A stretch of 64,000 bases of DNA. Source: an uncultured Planctomycetota bacterium. GTDB lineage: Bacteria; Planctomycetota; Planctomycetia; Isosphaerales; Isosphaeraceae. The stretch lies in NCBI GenBank assembly GCA_963845755.1, contig CAWJTV010000020.1, forward strand, positions 576,001 through 640,000, written 5' to 3'. Below are positions 32,631 through 45,852 of the stretch, in pieces (position 1 is the stretch's first letter; each line of letters opens with the position of its first letter). A program made the translations under genes and the position numbers. The notes beneath the pieces are model-generated. The model did no database searches. It was not told the origin of the DNA and saw only the letters and a list, made by a program, of their open reading frames with translations.

Positions 32631-35600
32631 GGATCGAGGCATCGGCCATCCCCGTGACCAATCGCTTGCCATCGGGCGTGAAAGCCAAAACACCGGAGGC
32701 GAGTGACGGGGTGTCGATCGTCTGGATTTCCTTTCCCGTCGCGACCTCGAAGAGATGAATCTGCCCGGTCGCTCGACCTGTGGTGGCGGCCAGCGTCTTG
32801 CCATCGGGCGAGAAGGCCATCGCTCGGACCTGGGAGCCCACCACAGGTATCTGACGTGTTTCCCTACCAGTTTCGCCGTCCAGCAGGACGATTGTCCCGT
32901 CGGGATCGAGTTGAAGGAATCGATAGGTCACCGTCCCAGTGGCGAGGCCCTGAGTGACCAGCTCCATTTCGGAAGGTGTCCGACTCCGAGCGATGGCCAG
33001 GGTCCGTTCATCCGGAGACGCGGCGAAGATCTTCGCTTTACCGACTCCAAAGAGTTCTCTCCTGGCGGAGAGATCCGAGACCTGAAGCCCATTGTAGGAA
33101 TCGATCACCGCGAGTCTTCTTCCGCCGGCAAGGAAGGTACCCTGCTGGTAATGACCCTGTTGATAAGGCCTCTCACCTTGTGAAAATGACGGACGATCCA
33201 GTGCCTTCATTCGCCGATTCTTGGGATCCCACTCGCGAAGCTCACCAAGCTGGTCCAGCTCCACGACCGATCGATTATGCTCGTCAAATCGGACAACCAA
33301 GGTGAGCGCCCGGTCGAGATTTCTCGCGTCAAATCGTCCGGCTTCATCCGATCGGGCAACCGGTTCATCGGCTTTTTCGAGATCCCAGACGAAGAAGCCG
33401 GTGGGGTGTTTCGTGGCGGAGACCAGAAACCGCCCGTCTGTTGACAGTCCCATCCTGCTGACGGCCGAGGTGCGCGTCGATTCGGGAGCCGGGTCGGTGT
33501 GTTTCAGGACCTTGCGCTGTCGGCCAGTCGCGAGGTCCCAGAGGCGGATGGTTCCATCGTCGCTGGCGGTGAGAAGCGTCTTTCCATCCGGCGTGATGAG
33601 GAGTTCATTCACCATGTCGCAATGGGAAGCCGGCATGGCGAGCCGATCGCGATGACCGTCGAGGTCCCAGAGATGAACGACCTGAGTTCCCCCGACAGCG
33701 GCGAGCGTGCGAGCGTCCGGTGAGAGCGCCACGGGCCCCCCCCATAACCCCATCGTGCCGCCCGGGAAATCGAAGGAGTCTGTCAGGCGTCGTGTGTCCG
33801 GATCGCAGACGCTGATCTGGCCGATGTTCGAGATCGCGGCCAATCGCCGGCCATCGGACGAAAAGGCCGCAAAGTCCACGGGGACCGGCTTATAGAGCGA
33901 GAAGATCAGCACCTCCTTGACCACGTTCTTCAGGGAAGACAACTCACCCGTGGCTATGGAACAGAGCTGGAAACGCGTTGAGTCACGAACCGCGAGGGTC
34001 TTCCCATCGTGGGAGAAAGCCAGAGTTCTCATATCGTGTTCGCTTTCGAGGCGCCTGATCTCTCGGGCTTTGTCGATGTCCAGGACAACTACGCGATATT
34101 TCGTTCCCATCGGGCGGTATTCCATCAGGTCTACGGCGAGTCGCTTGCCGTCCGGTGCGAAGGTCATTCGCTCGATCTGATCCACCAAGTTAAATCGGCA
34201 CACTTCGGCGCCGCTGGTCGTCCTGATGATGCGCAATGGGCTGGACCCGACCTCCGGACCCATCGCAAGAAGCTGGCGGTGGGGACAAAGCGCGAAGCGC
34301 GGGAAATCGAAATGCAGACCTTCATTGGACCAGGTGGTTTCCGACACGCGTCGCCCGGTCGCGAGGTTGGTGGAAGTCACATGGAAGGTGATCGGTTTCC
34401 CCTGATTGCGATTGTCACGGAAGCCGCTGGCCGTGACGGTGTTCGGATCGGACCCCAGGGCGAAAGCACCCATCAGTCCGACCCCGGGATCAATGCGACG
34501 GATCAGGCGGCCGTCGGCGGCATCCCAGACTCTGAGGATGCTATCCTCACCGTCGGTGACCACGTACTTCCCGTCGGCGGTATAGGCGATGTGATAGATC
34601 GGCGATTCCTGGCGATAGCGGACTGTGCCCATCCGGAGCACAGCCCCGGCCGGCAGCGGATCGCCGTAGAGGTCGCGGCGCTGGCCATCGGCTTTCGCGG
34701 GCAGAGAGTTTCACCTTGTCGGATTGAGGAGGATCGGCCTTGGCAGCAGCCTCCTGGAGGGCAGTCCGGACGAGCGATCCACCATGCCGAAGCCGCCCAG
34801 ACCAGCCCTCCCACAGCCATCAGCCCGAGGGCCACGACGAGGAGACGACCCAGTCCCATCGTCCGCAAAACCACTCGAAGCAGGGTCGCAACCGAGGCGC
34901 TGACTGCGGCCCCGGCGTGGCTCGAGGGATTGGCGACGAGCTCGGCCGCGACACCGAGGGTCCGGTGCACCAGTTCGGGCGGGACGATGGAGACTGTTAT
35001 CAGGCTGCCATCCCATCGAGACAATGCGATCATGCTCGACGGTGCCAGGCCGCGCCGACTCAGACGGCGCACCAGGGTCGCGCGACCTGCCGCGAGCCGG
35101 CTCTTGACCGTCCCCAGCGGCCAGCCCAGCGCCCGTGCCGCCGCCTCGTGAGCGAGGCCCTGGACCAGGCAGAGATCGACGGCCAACCGCTGGTTCGCCG
35201 GAAGTCGGTGGATTTCCGCATCGACCATCGCGGAAAGTTCCCGGCCAGTCGCTTCCGCGGGGGGAGTGCGATCGATCGATGTGGGCATGACTCTTTGGCG
35301 TGTCGCGATGACTCGCGCTTCGCGTTCCTGCCGCCGCAGAGCCGTCGTCCGCGCCCGGCGGGCCACCCGGTGCGAGACCCCATAGAGCCAGGAGGTCACC
35401 GAATCCCGGTCCCGGAGGGAGCCTGCCTTGCGCACCAGGATCAGAAACGTCGACTGGAACGCGTCCTCGATGTCTTGGGGCTCCTCGAGCCAGCGCCGAC
35501 AGACAGACAGGACCATCGGCCCGTGACGCGCGATCAGCTCAGCAAACGCCGTCTCGTCGCGAAGGGCGACGAAGCGGTCCAGTAGCTCGCCTTCGCCGAG

Positions 35601-35672
35601 GCCGGCGAGCGTACCCCGGCTGAAGAAGGCGCGGAACTCCTTGATCAGGCCTCGCGATCGCAGCTTGGTCAT
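32602..35672 (-). CDS. ECF sigma factor with TM helix and C-terminal WD40 propellers (frameshifts near 34690-34790)
   Basis: AFAELIARHGPMV..VCRR, EDAFQSTFLILVRKA, WLYGV, LGWPLGTVKSRL; TM segment; DLYGDPLP..A.LRMGT..R linker then WD40 repeats. Confidence 0.88.
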
Positions 35673-36385
35673 CGGCGACGCTCCTCTCACAGCGGGTCTC
35701 TCTCTTTGTACTGCATCGCCGTCCCCGATTGGATCGACTCTTCTCGGAAAAAAGGAGACTTCTCGACGAACACCACCGGTCTTCGCGCCACTGGTGGCGG
35801 CGGCGTGGTTGAGCGAGTTGATCCTGAGGTTGAATCTCTTTCTTCTCCACTCCCCACCGAACCGAGTGACGGGAAGCCGTCGCTAATCCACCATCGATTA
35901 TTTTTTTGGGATTTTTTTATCTCCCACCGTGGTTAGGAGTTCGGGAGCTCAGACGTCCGGTTTCGGGACTAGGTGCATTAACATTTTTTGCAAGTTGAGG
36001 CATCCTAATAATAAGGGAGCATCGTGCGACCACCGCGACACGGCGCCCGAACACGTCAGCGACCCATGACCAGGGAATATTTGAACACCTCGCCTTCCAC
36101 TTTTTGGCATGCCGCCGGTCGGGAAACCGGCCCGACCCATGTCGGGACGTGCTCGTCCCGAACTCGCTACCGGCCTTGGAGATCGGCGATGACGGCCCGC
36201 CGAATTGTTATGATCGAGTGCCATCGAGTGCCACGGTCCGTGGTGGGTCGCGCCCCATCAAAGGCGGGCGCGCTCGCCGATTCCTGCCTCCTTCTCGACG
36301 TCCACCTCAGCTTTCATTAAGGGTCGATTCCCTCGCTCCAACGCCCCGAGAAAACCGGCTCGGCGATCCCGCTAGGAAAAAATTC

Positions 36386-36447
36386 CGAAATACGTCGTTG
36401 ACAGACTGTCCCTGCTGGCGATATTTGTAGTCATGCGACGTGTTCCG
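36386..36447 (+). promoter_or_regulatory. candidate blaI promoter/operator
   Basis: TTGACA at 36398-36403 overlapped by the palindrome GACAG-A-CTGTC (36400-36410); bracketed by an imperfect inverted repeat CGAAATACGTCG / CGACGTGTTCCG. Confidence 0.45.
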
Positions 36448-36469
36448 TAACCTTAAGGGAAAGTACCTC

Positions 36470-36874
36470 ATGTCTCGCGAGATGCCCGAGCCGTTGACGG
36501 TTGCTGAATGGAAGGTGATGAAGATCGTCTGGCGCCGAAAGAGCTGCTCCGCGAGGGACGTGTACGAGGAAGCCCGTGATGCCCACGGGTGGGCCCCGAC
36601 CACGACGAAGACCTTGTTGCGCCGGCTGGTAGAGAAGCGACATCTCGTCGTGACCCCCGTCGGGACGAGCTATCTCTATCGGCCGGCGCGGCCGGCCTGG
36701 CCTTCGCTCGCCGGCGCGGCCGACACGCTTCTGGACAACACCCTCGAAGGCATGGACGGTAAACTGTTAGCCTACATGGTGAAGAAGAGCCGTCTGACTC
36801 CGGACGACCTGGCACAGTTGCGTTCGGTTCTCGATGAACATCTCGTCGCCGAAGGCGGAGAGCCTGAGCCATGA
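36470..36874 (+). CDS. BlaI/MecI/CopY family transcriptional repressor
   Basis: LTVAEWKVMKIVW, WAPTTTKTLLRRLVEK, YLYRP; overlaps the start of the M56 gene. Confidence 0.92.
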   Translation: MSREMPEPLTVAEWKVMKIVWRRKSCSARDVYEEARDAHGWAPTTTKTLLRRLVEKRHLVVTPVGTSYLYRPARPAWPSLAGAADTLLDNTLEGMDGKLLAYMVKKSRLTPDDLAQLRSVLDEHLVAEGGEPEP

Positions 36875-39800
36875 ACCCGGTTGACTTGCTGAACGCCTGG
36901 GGTGCATCCTGGTTCGGCTTCATGTCGCGAGCCCTGATCGATGCCTCCTTGCTCCTGGCTGTGATCCTGGTCGTCTGGCTGCCCATGCGACGCCGGGTGT
37001 CGGCCCAGCTCGCCCACGGGCTGTTCTGCCTGGTGCTCCTGAAACTGATCGTCCCCGTACCGGTCGAGTGGTCCTGGTGGCAGTCGTTGACTCGGTCTCG
37101 ACCGGCTGCGCCCGCACCGCCGGCTGTGGTTAACGCCGAGCCGCTCGCTCGGATCATCCTTCCGACGACGGGTGACGTGGGTGCCAATCTGGTGGACGCC
37201 TCGGTACTCGAGCCGGTCGCGATCGTGGAGCCGGCCCAGGATGCCACGCAGAGCGGAGTCATGGCCGGTTCTTCGGCGAAGACCGCGCGGCTTGCACTTT
37301 CGCTCCAGGCCTGGTTGATGCTGGGTTGGGCCTCGATCGTCGTGCTGCTGCTGGCGCGGTTCCTGCGGGCCACGCGGACCACGCGCCGGCTGATACGCGA
37401 GGCGGTCCCCCTTCGCCCGGAATGGTTGCCGATCGACGTCCAGGCGCTGCCGAGTGCCCTGGGACTTCGGCGCCCGTGCGGTGGGCCATCAGCCACCAGC
37501 TCAACTCGCCCGCCGTCGGCGGCCTGGTTCGCGCCGCCGTGATCATCCCTCCCGACCTCAGCGATAGCCTCACACCCAAGCAATTGACCTGGGTCCTGCT
37601 CCACGAGCTGGCCCACGTGCGCCGTGGCGACCTGTGGGTCGTCATGGTTCAGCGGGTCGTGCAGGCGGTCTTCTTCTTCCACCCGGCGGTCCACCTCGCC
37701 AACTGGATCATCGACGAACTGCGCGAATATGCCTGCGACGACGTGGCCCTGGCCGCCTGCAAGACATCGCGGCGCGTCTGCGGTGAAGGATTCCTGGCGA
37801 TCGTCGAGCGGTCCGTCGAGCCGGTCCCGGCAGCCGTCCCGGTGCTGGGACTCTTCGACTCGCGATTGCTGATCCGCCGTCGGCTGATCCGTATCCTCGA
37901 CAATAGCCGCACGGTCCATGCCCGGCTCTCGCCCGGCGCGGCACTGGGCCTGTTGCTCCTGGCCCTGGTCGTGTTGCCGTTCGGTCGGCCGCGGGATGTC
38001 TCCGCGGCTCCCGACGCGCGCCTCCGCGCCCTGGAGGACCAGGCTCTCGCGACTCGGAACTTGACGATCGACCGCGACGAACCTACGAGTTATCGGCCCG
38101 GAGCCGTCTGGCATCGACAGCGCGAGGCGGGGCAAGTCCGCGTTGACCTCGGCGGCGAATCCCCGGGGCCCGAGTCCCGCTCGGTGGTCCTGGCCCTGGC
38201 GTATTCGCCGGATGGATCGACCCTGGCCTCGGCAGGCGACGATTCCGTGGTGCTGTTGCGAGATGTGGCCTCCGGCCGGATGATCGGCCGGCTCGAAGGG
38301 CACCGCGACGCCATCTCGTCCCTGACCTTCTCGCCCGACGGCAAGACGCTCGCCACCGCCAGCTACGACCACACATTGAAGCTCTGGGACGTGGCTTCGG
38401 GCCGGGCGAAAGCCACGCTCGAGGGACACACTAACTGGGTCTTCGCGGTGGCTTTCTCACCCGACGGTTCATCGCTAGCCTCGGCCGGTCACGACAAGAC
38501 GGTCCGGATCTGGGACGCCGTCACGGGCCGGGAGACCGCAAGACTGTCCGGACACAGGTCCTCGGTCCGGACCGTGGCCTTCGCGCCCGAGATGGCCGGG
38601 CGCGTGCTGGCCTCCGGCGGGGCGGACCGCACGGTCATCCTTTGGGACCTCCGCACCCAATCGCCTCGCGCACGCCTCGAAGGACACAAGGGCTCGGTCC
38701 GCGCCCTGGCCTTCTCTCCCGATGGCGCTACCGTGGCGACGGGCGGCGAGGATGGTGAGGTCCGGTTATGGGATGAGAATTCCGGTCATGAGCGTGCGAC
38801 CTTGGTGGGACACTCGGACATGGTGACCTGCCTGGCCTTCTCGCCACGGGGCGGCCTTCTCGTCACCGGCAGCCTCGATACCACGCTCAAGGTTTGGGAG
38901 CCCACGGCCGCTCGCGAGCGCGCGTCGCTCCAGGGGCATCGCGACGGGGTGGGGATCTCCGCCCTGGCGTTTGCACCGGATGCCCGGCAGATGGCCACCG
39001 GGGGCTTCGATGGCTCGGTGCGTCTCTGGGAACCCACCGCCCCGATCTTCTCCCCTACCTCTTGTCTGTCTTACCCGGGAGAGGCCCAAAGCCTGGCCTT
39101 CTCGCCCGATGGCCGCTCCTTGCGTGCCGCTGGAGAGGGAGGCATCGCCCGCTGGGACGTCCCCACCGGGGCAACCCTCACTCCGCCGGTAAAGGGCGAG
39201 GCAACCGCCAACACCATCGCCATGGCCCCGGACGGCGCCTACTACGCTACGGGCGGACCAGACGGTCGGATCCGCCTGATCGATGCCCGTTCCGACCAGG
39301 TCCTCGCCACCCTCGTGGGACACGCGGGCAAAGTGCGTACGATCGCATTCTCACCCGATTCCCGATTCCTCGCCTCAGGCGGCCAGGATGGGGCCGTGCA
39401 GCTCTGGGATGCAATCGGCCGGAAACCCTCGCGATTATTGCACGCTCGGGGGCTCCCGGTAACGACCGTCCAGTTTTCACCCGATGGCCGGACACTCGCC
39501 GCCTCGACCGGCGATGATCGCGACGCTTCCTCGGGCGAGGTCCGTCTCTGGGATCTCGCCAACCGAAAAATGCTGGGCTCTCTCGGGGGACCGGGGCATG
39601 GCATGACTCCGATCGCCTTCTCGCCCGACGGAAAGAGCATCGTCTCGTCGGGCTCGGACGGAGTTGTCCGGTTCTGGAACGTGGCGACCCGGGCACCCCG
39701 TCAGGCCTTGAAGTACAGTGAGTGCCACTCGCTCGCCTTCTCGCCCGACGGCCGATGGCTGGCCTCTGCCCACGTCGGCGGCGATGTGGTCCTCTGGGAT

Positions 39801-40919
39801 GTCGGCGGTAGCCGGCAGCTCGGGTTGCTCAAGGGACACCGCGGCTCGGTCCGGCAGGTCGCGTTCTCGCCGGATGGCGGCTCGCTCGCCACAACCGGTC
39901 AGGACCGGACGGTCAAACTCTGGAACTTGACGACGCGCCGGCAGACGGCACGGGCCACGCTGAAAGGCGACCTCACGCCCGTCTGGTCCGTCACCTACTC
40001 GCCCGATGGCAAGACCCTCGCCGTCGCCGACGGACACGACGCCCCCGGCACGGTCACGCTCTGGGAGGTCGCGACCCGCAGAGTGAAGGCGACGCTCGAT
40101 GGGCACGAGCGGGGTGTCGCCACGGTCGTCTTCTCCCCGGACGGCACCCTGGTGGCTTCAGGGAGCTGGGACAGCACGATCCGGATCTGGGACGCGAGGA
40201 CCGGTGAACAGCTCCACGAGCTGGCAGGACTCAATGGTGTCACCGAGCTGGCGTTCTCGCCCGACGGCCGCCTCCTGGCATCCGCCGGCGAAGGGAAGAT
40301 CGTCACACTCTGGGACGTGGACACCGGCGCCGAAGAGTCCCGGCTCACCGGCTTCCGCTGGACCGTGCAATGCGTCGCGTTCTCGCCCGACGGCAAGCTC
40401 CTGGTGACCGGCGGAGGTGCCCTGAACAACCAGCCCGGCGGCCAGGGTGAACTGAAGCTCTGGGACACGGCTGCCTGGTCGGTGGTCCGGGCGCTCGAGG
40501 GGCACACGCGGGCGATTCTGTCCGCGACCTTTACGCCCGACGGTACGGGACTGGCCACCGGCGGCCTGGACGAGACGATCCGCCTCTGGGACGTGAATTC
40601 AGGACGGCACCGGCTCACCCTGGGCGGCCTCTCAAATTGCGTCCAGTCGCTCGCCTTCTCGCGCGACGGCCGGGTACTCGCCTGGTCCGGGCGCGGCGAT
40701 GGGCTGGTGTCGCTCCGCGATGCCACGACCGGCGCCGAGCTCGCCCGACTGGTCGGCCACAGCGCCGTGGTGCGCGGGATCGCGTTCGCCCCAGACGGCT
40801 CCGGCCTGGCCACCGGTGGCGCCGACCGAACCATCAAACTCTGGGACCTGCCCGCGTATGAGCCGTCCCTATCTCTGTCCGCGAAGCCTCGAGGGAATTC
40901 CTTGGGAGGTTCGAGATGA
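36871..40919 (+). CDS. M56 family (BlaR1-like) membrane metallopeptidase fused to about 21 WD40 repeats (frameshift near 37450)
   Basis: TM helices; VLLHELAHVRRGD, REYACDD; 21 repeats of the GH..V..LAFSPDG...LWD type counted by eye. Confidence 0.92.
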
Positions 40920-42559
40920 AGCCCCATCCTCGGTACTGGATCGGCACGGTTGGTCTCGTCCTGGGAGGTTTGTGTCTTGTCGCATCGGCCGGGGCGGGCG
41001 ACACACCGGACGCCCGGACTCCGACCCTACCCATGGGGCCGCGGCGCGGCGGGTGATGCACGGGGGCTCGCCGATCAGATCGACCGCCTCCTGGCCGCCA
41101 AGTGGTCCAAGTCCAATGTGCGGCCGGCTCCGCCCGCCGATGACGCCGAATTCCTCCGCCGCGTCTACCTCGACCTGGTCGGCAAGATCCCGACGGCCGC
41201 CGAAGCATGCTCGTTCCTCGACGATCCCAGCACCGACAAGCGCACGCGTCTGGTGGAATCCCTGCTGGAGAGCCCGGCGTATTTGAGCCATGCCACCGAG
41301 AATTATCGGTCGCTATTGCTGCCCGAAGCGGACACCGACGGCCAGGTCCGCAGTCTGACGCCGACCTTCGAGGCGTGGCTCCGCAAGAAGGTCGCGGAGG
41401 AAGCCGGCTATGAGCAGATCGTCCGCGAGGTGCTGACAGTGCGGCTCGGCGGCCGGGGCAGCCGCGGGGGCAACGCGTACGACCCTCGGGCCGAACCCTC
41501 CCCGCTGGCCTTCTACGTCGCGAAGGATGCCAAGCCCGAGAACCTCGCCGCCGGCACGGCCCGGACGTTCCTGGGCCTCCGCCTCGAATGTGCCCAGTGC
41601 CACAACCACCGGTTCGACCACTGGAAGCGCGAGGAGTTCTGGGGCCTGGCCGCATTCTTCGCCGGCGTCTCGAAGCAGGGGAAGGATGAGGGTTTCGGAC
41701 CGATCCGCGAACTAGCCAACCGCCGCGAGCTGCTGATCCCCGACACAAGCCGCATCGTCAAGGCCGCGTTCCTCGACGCCAAGAAACCCCAGTGGGGACG
41801 GCGGACCTCCGGCCGTGAGCTGCTGGCCGACTGGGTGACCGCGCCCGACAACCCGTACTTCGCCCGCGCGACAGTCAACCGGATCTGGGCCCGGTTCTTC
41901 GGCACCGGGATCGTCGATCCCGTGGACGACTTCCGCGACGACAATCCGCCGTCGCATCCGGAGCTGCTCGACGAGCTGGCCCGACAATTCCAGTCCCACG
42001 GATATGACCTGAAGTTCCTGATCCGGGCAATCACGGCCACGAAGGCATACGCCCTCACCAGCGCCGTGGGACGCTCGGAGCTGGCTCCGCCGGGCATGTT
42101 CGCCGCGATGGCCGTCCGGACGCTGTCACCCGGCCAGCTCTTCGAATCACTCACCCAGGCAACCGGCTTTCACGAGGGCTCCGGTGGCCCGTACGGCTAC
42201 GAAGGGGTGTCGAAGCAACGGTTCGTGGAGTTGTTCACCAACCGCGACGAAAAGCCGACCGAAGGGGAGACCACGATCCTCCAGGCACTGGCCTTGATGA
42301 ATGGACCATTCATCGCCAATGTGACCAGCCTGGAGACCAGCGACACGCTGGCCGCCGTGGCCGATGCTCCCTATCTCGACACTCCGGGCGCATCGAGACA
42401 CTCTTCCTGGCGGCTCTGACCCGTAGACCCCGTCCGGATGAGCTGGAAAAGCTCGTTCCCTATGTCGAGCGCGGTGGTCCCTCCAGCGATCGATCCAAGG
42501 CACTTGCCGACGTCTTCTGGGCGTTGCTGAACAGCCCTGAGTTTCGATTTAACCATTGA
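40916..42559 (+). CDS. DUF1549/DUF1553 (PSCyt2/PSD1) protein (frameshifts near both ends)
   Basis: DDAEFLRRVYLDLVGKIP, LECAQCHNH (CxxCH), NPYFARATVNRIW, PPSHPELLDELA, QALALMNG; C-terminal WALLNSPEFRFNH. Confidence 0.9.
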
Positions 42560-42591
42560 CATGCTCTGACCAGAAGGGGAGAGGAAACGCC

Positions 42592-43956
42592 ATGAACCGA
42601 ACGAACCAGATCCCCGGTGGGCTGTCACGCCGCCAGATGTTCCGGCTGGCCGCGGCCGGCGTCGTCGGCATCTCGACGTCCGGCTGGATCGAGGCCCTGG
42701 CTGCCGACGTGGCCTCGCACCCCAAGCGTCGCAAGTCCTGCATTTTGCTCTGGATGAGCGGAGGTCCCAGTCAGACCGACACGTTCGATCCCAAGCCGGG
42801 CCATGCGAACGGTGGGGAGTTCAAGGCCATCGAGACGTCCGTGCCCGGAATCCTGGTCAGCGAGCATCTCCCCAAGCTGGCCAAGCAGATGAAAGACATG
42901 GCGATTATCCGTTCGATGAGCACGAAGGAAGGGGATCACGGGCGCGCCACCTTCAACCTGCGCACCGGCTATCAACCGACCGGCCCGATTCGCTACCCAA
43001 CCTTCGGCTCGCTCGTGGCAAAGGAGCTAGGGTCAGAGGACGCGGAGCTGCCGAACTTCGTCAGCATCGCGCCGAATCGCGGATTCAACCCCGCCGCCTT
43101 CGGGCCGGGGTTCCTCGGGCCGCAGTATGCACCCCTGGTCGTCGGCGAAGGCGCCGTGATGGATCCCAATGGAGCCAATGACGCGCGTAATCTCTCGTTC
43201 AAGGTGGAGGACCTGAACTTGCCCGCGGGCGTCAACACCCCGCGGGCGGATGCCCGGCTCGGGCTGCTCGATTCCTTGCGAAAGGACTTCCTCTCCAGCC
43301 ACCCGGGTATCGGACCCGTGAGCCACCAGGACGCCTACCTACGTGCCGTCCGGCTGATGCGCTCGGCGGCGGCCAGGGCCTTCGAGCTCGAGGAGGAGTC
43401 GGCCACGGTGCGCGATGCCTACGGCCGGACTCCATTCGGACAGGGATGCCTCCTGGCCCGACGACTGGTCGAGCGAGGCGTTCCCTTCGTCGAAGTCACG
43501 CTCTCCTCGGCCGCGGGGGCGGCGGCGGTCGGCTGGGACACGCACCAACAGAACTTCGAGGCTGTCAAGAAGCTCAGCGAAGTGCTCGACCCGGCGTGGG
43601 CCGCGTTGATGGACGATCTGCGTGGCCGCGGTCTGCTCGACTCGACGCTGATCGTCTGGATGGGTGAGTTTGGCCGGACTCCCAAGATCAATCCCCAGGC
43701 AGGTCGCGACCACTTCCCCGCGGCCTGGACGACGGTCATGGCCGGCGGCGGGATCAAGGGCGGCCAGGTCATCGGCAGTAGCGGCGCCGCCGGGATGGAG
43801 GCCAAGGATCGCCCGGTATCCGTCCCCGACTTCCTGTCCACCGTCTGCAAAGCCATTGGCGTCAACCCCATGGTCCAGAACCTCGCCACCGACCTCGGCC
43901 GACCGATCCGGCTCGTCGACCCGAAGGCCAAGCCAATCCAGGAGGTACTCGCATGA
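42592..43956 (+). CDS. DUF1501 family Tat-exported protein
   Basis: SRRQMF Tat motif; LWMSGGPSQTDTFDPKP, GCLLARRLVERGV, WDTH, GEFGRTP, GRDH. Confidence 0.93.
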   Translation: MNRTNQIPGGLSRRQMFRLAAAGVVGISTSGWIEALAADVASHPKRRKSCILLWMSGGPSQTDTFDPKPGHANGGEFKAIETSVPGILVSEHLPKLAKQMKDMAIIRSMSTKEGDHGRATFNLRTGYQPTGPIRYPTFGSLVAKELGSEDAELPNFVSIAPNRGFNPAAFGPGFLGPQYAPLVVGEGAVMDPNGANDARNLSFKVEDLNLPAGVNTPRADARLGLLDSLRKDFLSSHPGIGPVSHQDAYLRAVRLMRSAAARAFELEEESATVRDAYGRTPFGQGCLLARRLVERGVPFVEVTLSSAAGAAAVGWDTHQQNFEAVKKLSEVLDPAWAALMDDLRGRGLLDSTLIVWMGEFGRTPKINPQAGRDHFPAAWTTVMAGGGIKGGQVIGSSGAAGMEAKDRPVSVPDFLSTVCKAIGVNPMVQNLATDLGRPIRLVDPKAKPIQEVLA

Positions 43957-45658
43957 TCTGCCGCTGCCGTGCTGGTCTGCTGGTCCTGGTCGCATCGGCT
44001 TCGCTTGCAATGGGACGTTCACCCGCAGCCGCGGACGACGGCCGCCGACCGGAGCCGGGCGCGAATCCGACCGACCGCGAGGCCACCCAGGATATTATGT
44101 TCCTCACCGACGCCCGGCCCATCTTCATCCGGCTGCGGTTGGGTGCCGGGGGTAAAGCGTTCCGCTCAGCCTGGATCGATGCCGTCAAGGCGATCCACAC
44201 CTACCTCGATCGCGACGGTGACGGCACCCTGACGCGGCAAGAGGCAGATCGTGGCGCTTTGCCCGATATGGTGCGATCCGCCACGGGCGGCGCGGCGGCG
44301 CTGCCACGTGCCGACCTCGACACCAACCCGAAAGACGGCAAGGTCTCCCTGGAAGAATTGGCCGATGTCCTGCGCCCCGCCCTCGGCCCATTCCGCGTAC
44401 AGGTCGGCCGCCTGGCGATCGATCGCAACGATGCCCTGTTCAACCACCTCGATCGCGACAAGGACGGCACACTCACCAAGGACGAGCTTGCCGCCGCCGT
44501 CTCGTCGCTCCACCGCTTCGATCTCGACGACAACGAGTTGATCGACCCGAACGAGCTGGAACCCTTCAGCAATCCGATCGCGGCACTCACCCAGGACCAG
44601 ACCCGGCGGGGAAAATACTCACCCGTCCCCGCGGTCATCGAGCTCTCGTCCGACGACCCCTCGTTCCGTCCCGTGCGACTCCTGCTCAAGAAGTACGACA
44701 ACGGGACGGGCGATAGTGCAACCGCCGGCGACAACCGGCTCAGCGCCGGCGAATTCGGGATCGGCGCGAAGGACTTCGTGACGGCCGACACCGACAGCGA
44801 CGGCGAGCTCGATAGCGAGGAGCTGCGCCGGTACCTCGGCCGGGTTGGACCCGACCTGGAGCTGGTCGTCAAGCTCTCCGGCAATGGGGCTTCGGCCGCG
44901 ACGACCATCGAGGCGACCGGATCGGGCACCCATCCCATGTTACCCCCGGGGGTCCACGTTCATCGGCTTTCCGAGGCCGACATCGAGATCGCCGTCGGCG
45001 AGGTCAGCCTCGAGTTCCACGCCGACGGCGGCGAGCAAGCCGCCGATTTCGCCAAGAGCTACTACGCCGGCCAGTTCCAGGCCGCCGACAAGGACAACAA
45101 CAAGTACCTCGAGAAGTCGGAAGTGAAGGACCATGGCCCGTTCGTCTCGCTCTTCGACATGATGGACCGTGACGGTGATGGGAAGATCTATATGAAGGAG
45201 GTCGACGAATTCGTCGACCGCCAGTCGAACGCCGGCGCAGTCAGATGGTCCTGTCCGTCGCCGACCAGGGTCGGGCGATCTTTGCCATCGTCGATCTGAA
45301 CCACGACCGCCATCTGGGCGTACGCGAGATCCGCGGTGCAGTCGCGCGGGTGTCGTCGTGGGATCGCAACGGAGACGGCCTAATACGCTCCGACGAGATC
45401 CCGCACCACTACGAGCTCTCGATCGGACGGGGCCAGATCACGGCCGTCGGCATGTCCTCGTTCCGTTCCCCGGTCATGGCATCCCCCTCCGCAACGCCGA
45501 CCGCCGAAGGCCCGAAGTGGTTCCTCAAGATGGACCGGAACCGCGACGGCGACATCTCCCGGCGTGAGTTCCTCGGCCCCCGCGCCGCTTTCGAGCGACT
45601 CGACGCCGATGGCGACGGCCTGATCACTTCCAAGGAAGCCGCCATGCCGAAGAAGTGA
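43953..45658 (+). CDS. exported multi-EF-hand protein (frameshift near 45240)
   Basis: signal peptide; about 10 DxD/NxDG-type loops (DRDGDG, DRDKDG, DTDSDG, DRNGDG, DRNRDG, DADGDG). Confidence 0.88.
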
Positions 45659-45852
45659 GCGGGCGAGCTCGCCCGCTCCATTCGCCGTGTTGTCGGACGA
45701 AGGCGCCGCCTCCGCGATCATTCCCTGGAGCTATTCACGAATGGGTTGCACTGGCCACGGCCTCCGGGTGGCGTTCACGAACCAGGCGTGAAGCGCTCGC
45801 GAGGCGTCCACCAGGGAACGGGTGCAGAACCGGTGGAGGAACCGTACAGCAG

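Noticed and set aside
38180..40860. Recurring TTCTCGCCCGACGG-like DNA repeats as a CRISPR or other non-coding array
   Set aside because: They encode the FSPDG motif of WD40 repeats within a CDS; no cas genes are present.
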